DNA of 64,000 nt. Source: an uncultured bacterium. GTDB lineage: Bacteria > Verrucomicrobiota > Kiritimatiellia > RFP12 > UBA1067. Shown here in pieces: positions 37,603-46,482 of this stretch. The DNA lies in the NCBI GenBank assembly GCA_902802945.1, contig CADCOC010000002.1:9853-73852 (forward strand), written 5' to 3'. Numbering within the stretch: position 1 is the first letter of the stretch; each line of letters opens with the position of its first letter. The notes under the pieces were generated by a model. That model made no database searches and was not told where the DNA came from. It saw only the letters and a program-made list of their open reading frames with translations. A program made the position numbers and the translations under genes.

Positions 37603-39383
37603 AAAAGGCAATTTTGTTTTTTGCCGCGATGGCGGCAACAATGGCGGCACTCACCGCGCACGCCGATAACTGGACCGATCCCTCAACGGGCATCACGTGG
37701 ACGTACACGGTCAGCAGTGGCAATGCGTCGTTGGGACGTGGGTGGGATTCTCCCGCCGTACCAACCACAACAACTGGCGCATTGACCATCCCATCCACAA
37801 TCAACGGCCATTCCGTGACTAGCATAGGGGAACGTGCGTTCTCTAGTTGCAGTGGGCTTACGAGCGTGATGATACCCGACAGCGTGACGAGCATCGGGCC
37901 TTCTGCGTTCCGCAATTGCAGCGGTCTTACGAACATGACGATACCTGACTCGGTGACGAGCATCGGGGATGGGGCGTTCGATTGTAGTGGATTGACGAAT
38001 GTTACGATACCTGACGGCGTGACGAGCATTGGTAATGAAGCGTTCTTCTATTGCAGCGGTCTTACAAGCGTGACGATACCGGACAGCGTGACGAGCATCG
38101 GGTATCGGGCATTTTCCTACTGTAGCGGGCTTCTGTCTTTTACTGTCGGCGATGGCAATGTAAACTACAAGTCGGTAAACGGCTTGTTGTTGTCTAAGGA
38201 TGACAAGACGCTTATTGCAGGCGTAAATGGCGACGTGATGATACCGGATGGCGTGACGAGTATAGATGATGCGGCGTTTAGCGATCGTAGCGGGCTTACG
38301 AGCGTGACGATACCGAACAGTGTGACAAACATCGGGTATTCTGCGTTCTCCAGCTGCAGCGGTCTTACGAGCGTGACGATACCTGACTGCGTGACGAACA
38401 TCGGTAATGAAGCGTTCAGGGGTTGCAGTGGGCTTAAGAGTGTGAAGATCGGCAACGGCGTTATGAGCATCGGGATTAATGCGTTCTACAATTGCAGCGG
38501 ACTTACGAGCGTGACATTCCTTGGACATCCTCCGCAGGGAGTATCAGATTCCTGCCTGGGTACTTATGCCTGTAGTTTCAAGTGTCCGAGACAATTAGGC
38601 TCTGAATATATCAGTTTATTAGGCAGGTCAAAGTTTTCGGGATTTGTTGAGGACCTGCCATTGACGGTTGTGCAGATTATATCTTCTGGCATTCGCGAAA
38701 ACGATCCGACGGTGATGGATGTGGTATATAAGGTTACGAGCGCAAAACCGACGGTCAAAGTGCGGGCGTTGGCGTTTGAGGATGGCGAGCGGAGTTTTGC
38801 CAAGGTAGTACGTCCGGAAGCATTCGTGAACGACTCCGATGGTAATTCTACGGCGCAGAACATCGGTGATGCGGTTGTGGCCAATGTGCCGCATAAACTT
38901 TCATGGAAAGTGTCGAGCGAATGGGCTACGAGACTTGCAAAGGTGAAGTTCGAGGTGCTGGCGTGTGAGGGCGAACCATTGCGTTTGGAGTTGCGCACGA
39001 TTCCCGCATCAGACCAATACGGCAAGATGAAGATTTCTTGGAATGTTATTTCAGACGCCCAATTTTTGGATGCAATGTTTTGGCTGTATGCTGATAAGGA
39101 TAGTGGATTTAAAGTGGAGAATGGAATCATAAAGCGTACATCGGATAATTTCTTGATGTCCTATGATGGGTGCGCTATCTCGACATTTTCTCGTAATTCT
39201 AGGCAGTATGTCAATGGCGTGCGGAATTACTATGATTTTGCATCCGTTCCAGAGTATGTTTTTGCGAAGATGGGGTATTCTTTGCTTTCGGGCGATACGC
39301 TGACCTACGCCAATCAGGAGACCCGCCTTGGCTTGTCGCCGAGTGGCGCACGCCAATATGCCTACAAGATCGTGGAGGAGTAA
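37599..39383 (+). CDS. Secreted BspA-type leucine-rich-repeat (LRR_5) cell-surface protein with a C-terminal domain of unknown function
   Basis: Signal peptide MKKAILFFAAMAATMAALTAHA. There are more than 10 repeats of IPDSVTSIG..AF..CSGLTSV. The start overlaps the stop of the upstream DUF3791 gene (ATGA). GC is low. Confidence 0.8.
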   Translation: MKKAILFFAAMAATMAALTAHADNWTDPSTGITWTYTVSSGNASLGRGWDSPAVPTTTTGALTIPSTINGHSVTSIGERAFSSCSGLTSVMIPDSVTSIGPSAFRNCSGLTNMTIPDSVTSIGDGAFDCSGLTNVTIPDGVTSIGNEAFFYCSGLTSVTIPDSVTSIGYRAFSYCSGLLSFTVGDGNVNYKSVNGLLLSKDDKTLIAGVNGDVMIPDGVTSIDDAAFSDRSGLTSVTIPNSVTNIGYSAFSSCSGLTSVTIPDCVTNIGNEAFRGCSGLKSVKIGNGVMSIGINAFYNCSGLTSVTFLGHPPQGVSDSCLGTYACSFKCPRQLGSEYISLLGRSKFSGFVEDLPLTVVQIISSGIRENDPTVMDVVYKVTSAKPTVKVRALAFEDGERSFAKVVRPEAFVNDSDGNSTAQNIGDAVVANVPHKLSWKVSSEWATRLAKVKFEVLACEGEPLRLELRTIPASDQYGKMKISWNVISDAQFLDAMFWLYADKDSGFKVENGIIKRTSDNFLMSYDGCAISTFSRNSRQYVNGVRNYYDFASVPEYVFAKMGYSLLSGDTLTYANQETRLGLSPSGARQYAYKIVEE

Positions 39384-39386
39384 GGG

Positions 39387-39480
39387 GCCAAAGAGACAAA
39401 AGGGAGGAACGTGACAAAAGAGACGATAGTGATTGGAGGAGCTGAGGCCAAAGAGGCTTGCAGTCGCTTTTGTCTCTTGG
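39387..39480. repeat. Intergenic cluster of 'CAAAGAGAC' 9-mer repeats forming an inverted repeat (CCAAAGAGACAAAAG ... CTTTTGTCTCTTGG)
   Basis: Read directly at 39389-39403 and 39467-39480. Related 9-mers (GAAGCGACT/AAAGGGACT and their reverse complements) recur at 40201-40304, 41661-41745 and 58364-58391. Confidence 0.6.
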
Positions 39481-39492
39481 AGGGTAATGCCC

Positions 39493-40182
39493 ATGGCTGA
39501 GATACCGAAAATCGTGCTGCCTCATGGCGGCTACCGCAATCTCGTGGCCTACAAAAAGAGCGAAATCGTGTATCAGGGCACGGCGCTCTTCTGTCGCCGC
39601 TTTCTGCCGCCGAATGGCGACCGCACCGTTGACCAGATGCCCCAGGCCGCCCGCAGCTGCAAGCAGAACATCGCCGAAGGCTCGGCCGCAAGCGGTACGT
39701 CGAAGGAAACCGAGCTTAAGCTTACCAACGTCGCGCGGGCAACGCTTGACGAACTGCTGGAAGATTACCTTGATTGGCTCAAGTCACACGGCGAAAGCGA
39801 ATGGACCGCTCGCGACGAGCGCAAGATCAAGGCCCGCGACCTCGGCAAGGAGCACGACGACTGGGAGTTCTGGCAGCCGCTCCTTGAATCGCGTCCGGCG
39901 GAGGTTGTCGCCAACCTGATGATCGTGATCATCTACCAGACGCGCTACCTCCTTGATCGCATGATCGCCTTTCAGGAAGCGGATTTCACGAAACACGGCG
40001 GTGTGCGCGAGCGGATGCACGCCGCCCGCACGGTAGCTCGCGGCGATGAATGGGATAAGGCGATCTACTCGCGGCTCGACGGCGCCGCGAACGCCGCAGA
40101 ACTCGCCGAAAGACTGGCCGAGATCAAACGCCAGGCCGAAAAGGCCGCCTGGGGCATTAGGAAGCGGAGGGGTTGGCAATGA
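39493..40182 (+). CDS. Four-helix-bundle protein (TIGR02436, the '23S rRNA intervening sequence protein' / bAvd-like family) with a C-terminal extension
   Basis: PHGGYRNLVAYKKSEIVYQGTALFCRRFLP...DQMPQAARSCKQNIAEGSA is the family signature. RBS 'ggaggg'. Confidence 0.65.
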   Translation: MAEIPKIVLPHGGYRNLVAYKKSEIVYQGTALFCRRFLPPNGDRTVDQMPQAARSCKQNIAEGSAASGTSKETELKLTNVARATLDELLEDYLDWLKSHGESEWTARDERKIKARDLGKEHDDWEFWQPLLESRPAEVVANLMIVIIYQTRYLLDRMIAFQEADFTKHGGVRERMHAARTVARGDEWDKAIYSRLDGAANAAELAERLAEIKRQAEKAAWGIRKRRGWQ

Positions 40183-42914
40183 GAATTAGAAGGGCGGAAG
40201 AAGCGACGGAAGCGACTAAAGGGACTAAAGCGACGGAAGCGACCAAAGCGACTGCTAGGGGCTTTCGCAGGAGTCGCTTGGGTCTCTTGAGTCTCTTTGG
40301 TCTCTTGATTCCCATGGGGCTTTTTGCCGATATCGTGCATGTTTACGAGCGGTCGCTGGCTGGCGGCGTAGCCAGCCAGATGAGCGACCGTACGCTCGAC
40401 ACCGGCAATACCTACTCAACCCAAAGCGCCCCCGCGAAGAGCGGCTACATCTTCACCCACTGGTCGATTTCGGTTGCGCAGCCAATCGATAACCGCGACC
40501 GTTTGGGTCGGGCGAAAGAAGTTACATCATTCACGCTCTACGAGGAAACCACGCTCACGGCCAACTATCTGGCTGAAGGTGAGGATTCCGACAACGACGG
40601 CATCGCCGACGGCTGGGAAATCTATTGGTATGGCGACCTTTCAAAGAATGCTTCGAGCGATACCGACAACGACGGCTTCACCTTCGCTGAGGAACTCGCG
40701 GCGGGTACCGACCCGCTTATGCCCGACGAATCGCTTCCCGGAGGCATCGTTTGGCAGGATGGCGCGCTTGTGCAGTACAATCCCGACAACCTTCAGCCCT
40801 ATACGATTCGCAGCGAGCCGGAAGGCGCGCTCTTCGCGACGGTAAGAGACTATCTGAAGCCGGGGCAGGTGATACCTATACCATATTCAGGGACACAAGG
40901 AACGCAAGGGACAGGTTTTGCATACTGGACGATCGACGGCGTGCGTCAGGCCGATAGGCACGGAAGGGCGCTTGACACGCTTTCGGTGACGATGCCGAAC
41001 ACTGCAATCGAGATTGTTGCCGTCTCCGAGAGCGACGAGGCGAAGCGCAATTCGCTCTACTGGTACGGCACCGCTTCCGTTGCGCAGAACAGCGACACCG
41101 ACAACGACGGCTTCACCTTTGCCGAGGAACTGGCGGCGGGCACCGATCCGCTAATGCCCGACGAATCGCTTCCCGGAGGCATCGTCTGGCAGGATGGCGC
41201 GCTTTTGGAAATGAACCTCCAGCCCTACGAGCAGGTGCTAGGCGCAGTCGTTGGCGGGGCGTATTCGCAGGTGTTTACTTCGCCAGTCGCTGGCAACGCC
41301 GCCACGAGCGCGACCTTCGGCAACGGCGGCGCCGTGTGGCCGGTGGTGGCCGATGTGAATGGCGATGGGCTGTGGGATTTGGTGGTGTGTTGGGAAGGTG
41401 AAGGGGAAGAGACGCAAGGGACTGCACCGCTTACACAATCGCTGACCATTTTCATCAATGTGGGCACCAAGGGCAACCCCGAGTTTGAGGTTGATGTGAG
41501 CGGCGCGCTCGGCGAGCGCGCCCTACCGTGGCTGGCGATGAACTCGCCCGAGAAGCTTGCCGGGCTTTCGCTCGACGTGCCTGCGCCGGGTGATGCGCTT
41601 TCGGCCACCACCAACGGCACCGCGCTTCTGGTGAGCGATAGCGAGGGCCGAATCTGGTATTATAAAGGGACGCAAGCGACAGAAGCGACTGAAGGGACTT
41701 CACCAACATCCCAGTCGCTTGAGTCTCTTGAGTCTCTTTCGTCGCTTTCCTTCACCCTCCAGCACAAGGTGTGGGGGGGCTCACACGCCGGCTTTGCGCA
41801 GGGGCTACGGCTCGCGGCGGTTGACTGGGATGATGATGGCGATCTCGACTGCCTTGCGGGTACCGCCGACGGCAAGCTGATGCTGTTGCGCGATCCGAAG
41901 GTGGGGCGGCCCACGAACCTGAAGGCGCTCGCTGGCGTGGATAACGTGCTGCTCACGTGGGATCCGAACGCGCAGAGCCGCATCAGGGGGTATAGGGTTT
42001 ATCGTGCGGAGGGGGAAGGAACAGCAAGCGTACAACAACAAGGTGGGGAGTCGACTTCGGGGACTGAGGGCTTTACGCGGATTGCGCAGCCGCAGCTGCC
42101 GACTTACCGCGATTTCCCGAACGGCGGTCACGGGGTGACCGCCCTACCGGAATACGCCTACAAGGTATCATCGGTGAGCCGGTTCTACACCGCCGGCAAC
42201 TCGACGCCCACGGAAACGGAATCGCCCGCGACCGAGGCGGTGACGGCGCGGCTGGGCAGCGTGCGCTTCTTCTGGAACGACGCGGCTACGAAGGTGGGCG
42301 AGCAGTTCGAGGTGATGCTTTCAATAGAAAACTCGATGAACTACTCCGTGACTGGCCAGACTGAGGTGGTTGCCTACGATCCAGAGTATTTGACGCCCGT
42401 GAAGGTGGTGAAAACGGGGCTCACGGAGGAGTGTGTGATTGAAGAGACTCACGGGACGAAAGAGACGCAAGGGACAGGGACGGAAGTGACCGGCGAGTGG
42501 CGGATCACGGTGAGTGGCGCGAGCGGGACAGCAAGCGTACAACAGCAAGGTGGGGCGGTCATTTTGCCGGCTGGCGGCGGGAAGTTCCTTTCGCTCGTTT
42601 TTGAAGCGAAGAAGGAGGGCGTGACGACGGTCGGCGGTCGCGGGGCGACCGCCCTGCCGGCGAGCGATGGGGCGTATGCCACGGTGAGCATTGCGGCGCG
42701 CTCGGTGATCGCGCCCTACCAGCTCGGCGACGTGGATGGCGACGGCGATGTGGATGAGGCCGATTTGCGGCTTCTGGCGAAGCTGTATAGTTCGCAGGGG
42801 GGCGCATCTATCGATGACAATCAGCGCAAGGCAGGCGATTTCAACGGAAACGGTAAGCTCGACAATGCTGATTACCAGGCGTTGAGGGCGTTGTTGAAAG
42901 AAAGGGGACTTTGA
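40179..42914 (+). CDS. Large secreted protein with TSP3-like (DTDNDG) repeats, FG-GAP/VCBS repeats, an Fn3 domain, a cohesin-like domain and a C-terminal type-I dockerin
   Basis: Dockerin DVDGDGDVDEADLRLLAKLY...DFNGNGKLDNADYQALRALL. FG-GAP ADVNGDGLWDLVV and VDWDDDGDLDCLAG. Cohesin-like YDPEYLTPVKVVKTGL. The N-terminal signal anchor is encoded through 9-mer tandem repeats. The gene contains R1, R2 and R3 mini-repeats. Confidence 0.7.
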   Translation: MRIRRAEEATEATKGTKATEATKATARGFRRSRLGLLSLFGLLIPMGLFADIVHVYERSLAGGVASQMSDRTLDTGNTYSTQSAPAKSGYIFTHWSISVAQPIDNRDRLGRAKEVTSFTLYEETTLTANYLAEGEDSDNDGIADGWEIYWYGDLSKNASSDTDNDGFTFAEELAAGTDPLMPDESLPGGIVWQDGALVQYNPDNLQPYTIRSEPEGALFATVRDYLKPGQVIPIPYSGTQGTQGTGFAYWTIDGVRQADRHGRALDTLSVTMPNTAIEIVAVSESDEAKRNSLYWYGTASVAQNSDTDNDGFTFAEELAAGTDPLMPDESLPGGIVWQDGALLEMNLQPYEQVLGAVVGGAYSQVFTSPVAGNAATSATFGNGGAVWPVVADVNGDGLWDLVVCWEGEGEETQGTAPLTQSLTIFINVGTKGNPEFEVDVSGALGERALPWLAMNSPEKLAGLSLDVPAPGDALSATTNGTALLVSDSEGRIWYYKGTQATEATEGTSPTSQSLESLESLSSLSFTLQHKVWGGSHAGFAQGLRLAAVDWDDDGDLDCLAGTADGKLMLLRDPKVGRPTNLKALAGVDNVLLTWDPNAQSRIRGYRVYRAEGEGTASVQQQGGESTSGTEGFTRIAQPQLPTYRDFPNGGHGVTALPEYAYKVSSVSRFYTAGNSTPTETESPATEAVTARLGSVRFFWNDAATKVGEQFEVMLSIENSMNYSVTGQTEVVAYDPEYLTPVKVVKTGLTEECVIEETHGTKETQGTGTEVTGEWRITVSGASGTASVQQQGGAVILPAGGGKFLSLVFEAKKEGVTTVGGRGATALPASDGAYATVSIAARSVIAPYQLGDVDGDGDVDEADLRLLAKLYSSQGGASIDDNQRKAGDFNGNGKLDNADYQALRALLKERGL
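42126..42150 (+). repeat. R1 in-frame palindromic mini-repeat (GGTCACGGGGTGACCGCCCTACCGG), encoding GHGVTALP
   Basis: Family consensus is GGYC(R)(S)rGGGc(K)GRCC-GCCCTRCCG. Other copies are at 42636-42660, 42973-42996, 47245-47317 (an inverted pair) and 48799-48823. Confidence 0.75.
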
Positions 42915-42915
42915 T

Positions 42916-44307
42916 ATGGTGAGAGAGATAGAGATGCGGAATACAACAAGCGTACAACAGCAAGTTGGCGGCGGTCGCGGGGCGACCGCCCTACCGTGGT
43001 GGCGTGTTGCGGCGCGCTCGGGGATCGCGCCCTACCGGTGGTGGGTGGCACTTCTGGCGATGGTTGTTGCGCCGGTGGCGTTGGCCTATCAGGTTTCAGT
43101 GGGCACGTATGTGGCGAATGCGGGGCGGCAAATCACCGTGCCGGTTGCGCTGGATTCGGCGGCGGGGCTTTCCTACGCGAGCGCCACGATTACCTACGAT
43201 CCGCAGGTGCTAGTGGTCACGAAGGCCGAGGCGGGGTCGCTCAAGTCGCTGATGGCGGAGGATTTCGTGGCGGTTGATACGAACGGCATGCTGACGGTCT
43301 CGATCTTCGGTTCGACGGACGCGAACGTTGCAAGCGGCTCCGGCTCGATTGCCAACGTCACGTTCGCGGTGCGCGAAGGGACGGCGGGGCTCTACTCCGA
43401 CTTGGCCGTGAGCAGCGTCGAACTCGGCGAGAAGTCGGGTGTGAAGGATGTCACGGCGGGGAATCCGGTTCAGACAGTGAGCGGAATGGTGCGCGTGATG
43501 GGCGAGACCGCCGAGGTGACGCGTCTGGAGAACGCCGAAATCGTCGTTGCCGATACCGCTTTGGGTGCGCTGTCGCTCAGCGCGGGCGATGCGATTCAGG
43601 CGAGCGATGCGCAAACGGCGATTCGGGTGTCCGGCGCGGTGTCGGCATCGGGCGCAATCGCCGTCAAGGCACCGGCGAACGGATGGGCAAGCGGAACCTA
43701 CGCGCTTCTCTCCACGACCACGGCGGGGTTGGCGTTCAGCCTGGAAGGGGTGGACGGCGCGACGTTCTCCACCGAGACGGCGAATGGCGTGACGACGTAC
43801 TACGCGGCGGTTTCCGTTGCTGGCGAGATTCCCGTGACCTGTGCGGCGGAGGTATTGTCCGCCGGGGCGAAGAACCAGATTCGGTCGCTTCTTGCCGGTC
43901 AGTTGTCCGGCGTGACGGAGATTGTCGTGTCGGGTCCGCAGGGGAATGTGGGCTTGATTGCGGACATGGGCATCGCGCCGTCCTGCACGCGCGACGGAAC
44001 GCGTCTGCTGGCAAACTATACGATGCCGGAACTGCGCATCACGCAGTTCGATCCCAAGACGGGGGCGGTGCGCTTCAAGGTGACGCCCGGCGCTGGCAAT
44101 CAGATCGTTTCTGAAATCGCAACGGGGTACATCCACATGTACGGCACGAACAGCCTGAGCGAGAAGATGAAGTACATCTCGCAGGTCGGATTCGACCTCA
44201 CGCCGTATCTCAAGGCCGAAACCAAGGGCGAGGGTACGCTCTACGTTACCCTCGGCACGCATACTTTCCTGAAAGTCAAGATTGAAGCAGAAGTAAAGGA
44301 AGACTGA
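42916..44307 (+). CDS. Cohesin-domain surface protein (N-terminal signal/TM, then a cohesin module)
   Basis: YQVSVGTYVANAGRQITVPVALDSAAGLSYASATITYDPQVLVV...VTFAVREGTAG is cohesin-like. Its first ~40 codons are built from the R3+R1+R2 repeat units. Confidence 0.6.
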   Translation: MVREIEMRNTTSVQQQVGGGRGATALPWWRVAARSGIAPYRWWVALLAMVVAPVALAYQVSVGTYVANAGRQITVPVALDSAAGLSYASATITYDPQVLVVTKAEAGSLKSLMAEDFVAVDTNGMLTVSIFGSTDANVASGSGSIANVTFAVREGTAGLYSDLAVSSVELGEKSGVKDVTAGNPVQTVSGMVRVMGETAEVTRLENAEIVVADTALGALSLSAGDAIQASDAQTAIRVSGAVSASGAIAVKAPANGWASGTYALLSTTTAGLAFSLEGVDGATFSTETANGVTTYYAAVSVAGEIPVTCAAEVLSAGAKNQIRSLLAGQLSGVTEIVVSGPQGNVGLIADMGIAPSCTRDGTRLLANYTMPELRITQFDPKTGAVRFKVTPGAGNQIVSEIATGYIHMYGTNSLSEKMKYISQVGFDLTPYLKAETKGEGTLYVTLGTHTFLKVKIEAEVKED

Positions 44308-44309
44308 CC

Positions 44310-46460
44310 ATGCATAAGAAAGCAATAACGTTTGCAGCCGGGATTCTCTCGGCGGCCGCCCTTGCCGTGACGGCAAGGCCGACGGCGCAGGAGGTGTTCA
44401 AGGGCATCAAGAACGTGGAGTTCGACAATGTGAAGATTGTCTATGCTCCGGAAAAGGTGTTCTGGAACATGGAGGTCGAGGTCGATGGCGAGAAGGCGCC
44501 GCTTGTGGTGGAGAGCATCGCGCAGGAGTGCCGCAGGGAAGGCGGCAAGCTCATGTATGGCCCGCTCACGTGCGGCGACAAGACGTTCGACATGAAGGTG
44601 GTCGTGAACGTGCGCGACACGCCGTCCGGCAAGGCCTATTCAGGCATCGTGGAGAACAACGACAAGCGCGTGCGCGTGACGATGTTCAACGGGCCGAAGC
44701 TCGACGCGGTCGCCCTCGACCCCGCCAAGGCGCACATCTACATCCCCGCCGGGTTCGGACGCCGCCTCAACTACTTCCCGACCGACCAGAAGAAGCTCGA
44801 ACCGTGGGAGAAGAAGTCCAACGAGATCATGTACCTCGAGACAAGCCCCTATCCCTCGCGTCACCTCTCGATGCCGTGGATCGCGATCGACACGGGAAAA
44901 GGCACATGGTACGCGGCCGTGCATGACGCCCAGGAGCGCTTCAAGCGCATCGGTGTCAGGTGGTATAACCGCGCGAAGAAAACCGACGTGCGCTTCCGCC
45001 ATCCGGTGTCCATCCGCGCGGGCGACAAGTGGGAGCTCCCCGAGACGGTGTTCGAGAAGGTCGACGGCGACTGGCACGCCGCGGCGAAGCGCTACCGCGC
45101 CTGGTTCGACTCCGCGCATAAGGCGGTGAGGTCCGCCGCGCCGGACTGGACGCGCGACCTCACGGGTTGGCTGCTCGTGATCATGAAGCAGCAGAACGAG
45201 GAGCTGATGTGGCCCTATGCCGATATTCCGAAGCTCTGCGACGTCGCCGAGCGCAACGGACTCAACTCCATCGGGCTCTTCGGCTGGACGGTGGGCGGGC
45301 ACGACCACCTCTATCCCGACTACGACGCCGACCCGAAGATGGGCGGCGCGGAGGCGCTCAAGGCCGGCATCGCCGAGGCGCACCGGCGCGGCATCCGCGT
45401 GTGCATCTACGCGAACGGACAGCTCCAGCAGATCGGCGCGACGAAGTTCTGGGGTGAACACGGCGAGAAGATCGCCATTCGCAAGCGCGACGGTTCGCCG
45501 TACATCCAGACGTACCACAAGTACAGGAACATCCCCGTTTACAGGTTCGCCCTTGGCTGCCTGCACGCCGAGCCGTGGCACGACCGGATGCTCGCGCTCG
45601 CCAGACAGGCGCGGGGCTTCGGCGCGGATGCGATCCTCTACGACCAGCTGGGCGTGACGACGCCGTTCGAGTGCTGGGGCAAGGGGCACGGACATCCCGT
45701 CCCGTGGCACAGCCACTGCGAGGAGCGTCCCGGATTCGTCCGGCGCATCGCGGACGAAATGCACGCGACCGACAAGGACTTCGCCGTCTTCACCGAAGGG
45801 CTCCACGACGGGCTTCTCGACACCATCGGCATGTTCCACGCGTGCCAGCCCAGCTCGTTCATGTGGGACGTCAACGCGCTGAAGGCGAGCCGCGCCACGT
45901 CGCGCGCGAATGCCGAGCCGTTCCCCGAACTCTTCCGCTACACGTTCCCGGAACTCGTCACCACCACGCGCAACCCCACGCCGATGACGCTCCGCTCCTT
46001 CGTGAACTACGCCGCCGTGTTCGGTCTCCGGCACGAGATCGAAATCCGCTACATGCCCGACCGCACGTACGCGCTCGACGGCAAGGTGCCGACGAAGAAG
46101 GACTACGGCGAGGTGAAGAACCTGCCGTCGCTCGCGGCGATGCACGCCGAACCGCCCACCGTCGCGAGTGCCTACATGAAGGCCGTGGCCGACTTCCAGC
46201 GTACGCACGCGAAGTACCTCCTGCGCGGCAAATTCGTCGATGACGAAGGGATCACATGTCGGAGCAGGGTCGTCGCCAAGCGCTTCATCGCCGATGACGG
46301 CACGAGCGCCGTGTGCGTGTGGAACATCACGAACAAGCCTGCCGATGTCATGATCAACGGATTAGGCAAGCCGACAGGCGTATTTGCTCCCGGAAGTGAA
46401 TCCACGAACGGACAGATTCGCCCAGATTCGCTGAGACTGTACGTCTATGGCGTGAAGTAA
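44310..46460 (+). CDS. Secreted hypothetical protein, possibly a TIM-barrel glycoside-hydrolase-like enzyme
   Basis: Signal peptide MHKKAITFAAGILSAAALA. GWTVGGHDHLYPDYD...RVCIYANGQL is suggestive of a GH-like barrel. There is no confident family. Confidence 0.4.
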   Translation: MHKKAITFAAGILSAAALAVTARPTAQEVFKGIKNVEFDNVKIVYAPEKVFWNMEVEVDGEKAPLVVESIAQECRREGGKLMYGPLTCGDKTFDMKVVVNVRDTPSGKAYSGIVENNDKRVRVTMFNGPKLDAVALDPAKAHIYIPAGFGRRLNYFPTDQKKLEPWEKKSNEIMYLETSPYPSRHLSMPWIAIDTGKGTWYAAVHDAQERFKRIGVRWYNRAKKTDVRFRHPVSIRAGDKWELPETVFEKVDGDWHAAAKRYRAWFDSAHKAVRSAAPDWTRDLTGWLLVIMKQQNEELMWPYADIPKLCDVAERNGLNSIGLFGWTVGGHDHLYPDYDADPKMGGAEALKAGIAEAHRRGIRVCIYANGQLQQIGATKFWGEHGEKIAIRKRDGSPYIQTYHKYRNIPVYRFALGCLHAEPWHDRMLALARQARGFGADAILYDQLGVTTPFECWGKGHGHPVPWHSHCEERPGFVRRIADEMHATDKDFAVFTEGLHDGLLDTIGMFHACQPSSFMWDVNALKASRATSRANAEPFPELFRYTFPELVTTTRNPTPMTLRSFVNYAAVFGLRHEIEIRYMPDRTYALDGKVPTKKDYGEVKNLPSLAAMHAEPPTVASAYMKAVADFQRTHAKYLLRGKFVDDEGITCRSRVVAKRFIADDGTSAVCVWNITNKPADVMINGLGKPTGVFAPGSESTNGQIRPDSLRLYVYGVK

Positions 46461-46482
46461 AAAACTGATTGAGGAATATGCA

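Noticed and set aside
39433-40182. Diversity-generating retroelement inferred from the Avd-like four-helix-bundle protein
   Set aside because: No reverse transcriptase ORF and no ~100-bp template/variable repeat pair with adenine-specific mismatches are visible anywhere in the window.
40201-40254. The tandem 9-mer array as a CRISPR-like or iteron array
   Set aside because: The units are 9 nt with no spacers, lie inside a coding region and have reverse-complement copies nearby. This does not fit CRISPR architecture. It is reported instead as a simple or contingency repeat.
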